From NCBI GenBank assembly GCA_963766775.1, contig CAVYBP010000001.1:128239-192238 (forward strand): a stretch of 64,000 bases of DNA, read 5' to 3'. Of the stretch, positions 61,571 through 64,000 are shown in pieces. The DNA comes from an uncultured Phycisphaerales bacterium. GTDB taxonomy: Bacteria; Planctomycetota; Phycisphaerae; WQYP01. The translations under genes and the position numbers were made by a program. Within the stretch, counting starts at the first letter, position 1, and each line of letters opens with the position of its first letter. The notes below the pieces were generated by a model. That model did no database searches, was not told the DNA's origin, and worked only from the letters and a program-made list of their open reading frames with translations.

Positions 61571-61987
61571 GTGAACACAAAGAAGAAAACCAAAGGTACC
61601 GCAGCGGGGCGTGAGATCATCGACGCCCTCACAGACCTCGTGGAAACGCGCGAGGCTGGAATCCCCCTCGAAACCAAGTACACCGTTCATACCATGAACA
61701 TCCCCGAGCCGGGAGCATATGGCGCGAAAGAGGTTAAAGCCTTACGCGCACGGCTGGGGGTGAGTCAATCCATCTTTGCGAGGCTGGTGGGGGCCTCAAC
61801 GATTCTGGTACAGAAGTGGGAAGGTGGCGACCGCAATCCCGATGGAATGGTGCGGCGACTTTTTGACGATATCAATCGCGATCCGGAGAAGTGGCTTGTG
61901 GCGCTCGGAATCAGAGAAGGTCGCCACGTCTCCACCGAGGACTATAAGCGGCCGGTCGGTCGCAAGAGGGCCGAGGTCGCAGCGTGA
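61571..61987 (+). CDS. XRE-family HTH antitoxin
   Basis: GTG at 61571 lies 5 nt after AAGGAGA. HTH VKALRARLGVSQSIFARLVGASTILVQKWEGG. Confidence 0.78.
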   Translation: MNTKKKTKGTAAGREIIDALTDLVETREAGIPLETKYTVHTMNIPEPGAYGAKEVKALRARLGVSQSIFARLVGASTILVQKWEGGDRNPDGMVRRLFDDINRDPEKWLVALGIREGRHVSTEDYKRPVGRKRAEVAA

Positions 61988-62036
61988 TAGATGAGTGCAA
62001 CGTGATCGGAGACCCCATGGTTTCGCGCGGAGTTCA

Positions 62037-62118
62037 TGCTTCAGCGTATTTTTGCCGCCTCAAAAGCAAATAGCCCAGGCGAAGACACGCTGAAAGCGTG
62101 AACTCCGCATGGCATCCA
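62037..62118. repeat. imperfect 21-nt inverted repeat (second palindromic family), 39-nt spacer
   Basis: GCGGAGTTCATGCTTCAGCGT ... ACGCTGAAAGCGTGAACTCCGC. The arm recurs as a solo copy GGAGTTCACGCTTCAGCGTG at 35750..35769. Confidence 0.75.
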
Positions 62119-62259
62119 TCGCGCAAAAATAACCCGCATTGCTACTCACCGCACTGCCAACTCCCCAATAATCCCCACCGCCCCTATCTTGACGCCCATT
62201 TTATGCGATGATAGCCTCGCGTCTTTATGCCCCCGCCGATTGGTTACAAGGAGACGGCA

Positions 62260-63747
62260 ATGTCCGCCACCCCACGCGTTCCCCTCTATACTCGCCTGCT
62301 CATGCTTTCCGCACTCACCCCCACACTCCTTCTTTCCGCCGTCGCCGTCGCGCAAACCACCGCCGCGTCCGCACCGAATAATCTAATTCTCATGCCTCCA
62401 TCCACTATGCCGTCCGCTATTACCAGCGGTTCGTCGTCCGCCCCCTCGTCCGCACAGACGACCAATAATTTGACGCTGCCGCCCAGCTCGCAAAGCTCAA
62501 CACCCGTGCCCTCGGTCTCCCAACCCTTCGTCGGCACCATCACTGCCGACCGCGTCTACGTCCGCTCCGGCCCCGGTTCCGCCTACTACGAACTTGGCCA
62601 ACTCTCCAAAGGCGACCTCGTCCAGGTCATCTCCACCCGCCAAGGCTGGTACCAAATCCTTCCCCCCAACGGCACCTTCTGCATGGTTGCCAAAGACCTC
62701 GTCGAAATTGACTCCACCTCCACCGCGGGCACTGCCAAAGCCGACTACGTCAACGTCCGCGCCGGCACCGCACTCAACAAAAACCGCGAGCCCAGCGCCG
62801 TCCTCACCGTCATCCGCAAGGGCACCAAGCTCAACATCCTCGGTTCCACCGACAAATACTACGAAGTCGCCCCGCCCGAAAAAGCCTACGTCTACATCAG
62901 CCCCCAGTTCGTCAAAAACAGCGGCGTCGTCGCTGAATACAAAGTCCCCGATCTCAAACTCCCCAACGGCGCAACAGGCCCCGCCAAAAATACCGTCTCC
63001 GCTCCCACCACCCTCCCCTCGCCCACTGTCGAAATCAGCCCCGCACCCTCCGAATCAAATCCTACCTACAGCGCCGCAGTCGCGCCCAATCAGCCCGCCG
63101 CAACCACTGAGCCCGCGACCGCCGACAGCGGCAACAGAAAGCACACCGTCGTCGTCCCCCCCCAGCCCACCACCAGCTTCTCCAACGATGCCTACTCCCG
63201 CTTCAACGACCTCAACGCCCGCTACCAGGCCGAACTCCAAAAACCCGTCGGCCATCGCGACCTCGACCCATTAACCAAAGACTACAAGGCCCTCTCCACC
63301 AGCCCCGGCCTGCCCCCGTCCGTCCAGCAAGGCAGCGAGTCGCGCATCGCCGCCCTCGAAAAACTCGCCGCCATCCAACGCCTCCAGCAGGAAAACGCCA
63401 CCTCCACCGACGCCATGGCCGCCCGCCAGCACGCCCTCCAGGAAGAATACGCACAAGCCCAAAAAGCCATCACCGACTACGAACAGACCGGCCCCTATCT
63501 CGCCGAGGGCCGCCTCCAGGCCTCCACCGCTCTCGAAGGCAAGTACGCACTGGTCAATCCCGCCACCGGCCGCGTCGTCGCGTACGTCGATCCTCAAGCC
63601 GAGGTCGACATCGGCAGCCTCACTGGCAAATACGTCGGCGTCCGAGGCATCAGCCATAAACCCGAAGGCACCGACATCACCATCATCCAGGTCAAAAACG
63701 CCACCCTCCTCCCCGAACCCGAAGGAACATCGACCCCCGCCCGCTAA
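62260..63747 (+). CDS. secreted protein with two bacterial SH3 domains and a coiled-coil C-terminal region
   Basis: ATG at 62260 follows AAGGAGA. Signal peptide ..LLLSAVAVAQ. SH3b-like VYVRSGPGSAYYELGQLSKGDLVQV...GWYQI and YVNVRAGTAL......L..I.KGTKLNILG...YYEV. Confidence 0.78.
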   Translation: MSATPRVPLYTRLLMLSALTPTLLLSAVAVAQTTAASAPNNLILMPPSTMPSAITSGSSSAPSSAQTTNNLTLPPSSQSSTPVPSVSQPFVGTITADRVYVRSGPGSAYYELGQLSKGDLVQVISTRQGWYQILPPNGTFCMVAKDLVEIDSTSTAGTAKADYVNVRAGTALNKNREPSAVLTVIRKGTKLNILGSTDKYYEVAPPEKAYVYISPQFVKNSGVVAEYKVPDLKLPNGATGPAKNTVSAPTTLPSPTVEISPAPSESNPTYSAAVAPNQPAATTEPATADSGNRKHTVVVPPQPTTSFSNDAYSRFNDLNARYQAELQKPVGHRDLDPLTKDYKALSTSPGLPPSVQQGSESRIAALEKLAAIQRLQQENATSTDAMAARQHALQEEYAQAQKAITDYEQTGPYLAEGRLQASTALEGKYALVNPATGRVVAYVDPQAEVDIGSLTGKYVGVRGISHKPEGTDITIIQVKNATLLPEPEGTSTPAR

Positions 63748-63850
63748 AACAACCGCTCTCGCAACGCTCCCCCGCACCCACATGTGCCCCCCAACGGGCT
63801 TGCCACGTCGCGTCACAAGCACAAACCCCTGCATAAAAAAGTACCCCCTC

Positions 63851-64000
63851 ATGGACCTCATCGTCATCAGCATCGGCACCCTCTCCAAAAACCCCCTCTG
63901 GAACGAACGCACCCCCGTCCGCACCAGCCACGCCACCACCACCCTCATCCGCACCACCCTCGACAAATCCAAAGACCCCGTTGAGCTCCTCATCGATCCC
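63851..64000 (+). CDS. possible MBL-fold metallo-hydrolase, N-terminal fragment (runs off the window)
   Basis: ATG at 63851 gives MDLIVISIGTLSKNPLWNERTPVRTSHATTTLIR, which resembles the start of a family of MBL-fold proteins as I recall. Only 50 codons are visible. Confidence 0.4.
   Translation, partial: MDLIVISIGTLSKNPLWNERTPVRTSHATTTLIRTTLDKSKDPVELLIDP

Noticed and set aside
60751-61987. An integrated element or prophage remnant using tRNA-Asp as its attachment site.
   Set aside because: I found no integrase, no phage genes and no duplicated tRNA 3' segment. Only a TA module and AT-richer spacer lie on the 5' side of the tRNA.

Overview
The window is 64 kb of high-GC (about 60%) bacterial chromosome. 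PEP-CTERM and dockerin-like tails, autotransporter-associated beta-strand repeats, an N-terminal IENLESR..LS leader and an isolated nuoCD pair point to the PVC superphylum, most likely Planctomycetota (inference only).

Gene content:
- Housekeeping genes: mutS 3' end, thrC, a U32 peptidase, an IDH-family dehydrogenase, gcvT-gcvH, clpP, ispD, ychF, uvrD, metH, rluB, manA, ahcY, nuoC-nuoD and tRNA-Asp.
- Large secreted multidomain proteins: a ~6 kb PL4 lyase + PATR repeat + dockerin + PEP-CTERM gene, a 2.9 kb FN3 + RTX-like + calpain protease gene, and a CE15 esterase.
- Six small two-gene toxin-antitoxin-like modules: HigBA-like, DUF4160/DUF2442, VapBC, HicAB, RelE-XRE, plus a PD-(D/E)XK-like neighbour of HicAB.
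- One ISKra4-like insertion sequence with intact inverted repeats and a 9-bp target duplication.
- Two AT-rich islets.

Non-genic signals I consider most worth a second look:
1. A family of ~80-bp palindromic (REP/MITE-like) elements with a conserved central mismatch, and a related ~71-bp tandem array beside tRNA-Asp.
2. More than ten short tandem arrays of 7-9 nt units, each with a different unit. They sit in promoters, at gene ends and inside CDSs, and one was the IS target.
3. Long G/C homopolymers at gene boundaries, including a C13 tract at the start of a HAD gene.
4. A very uneven load of reading-frame disruptions. I count at least 30 in the window, about 15-20 of them in uvrD + metH alone.

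Caveat: many disruptions sit at homopolymers. Assembly or basecalling error is therefore a strong alternative to real pseudogenisation, and I cannot distinguish the two from the sequence alone. No CRISPR array, rRNA, integrase or reverse transcriptase was seen.
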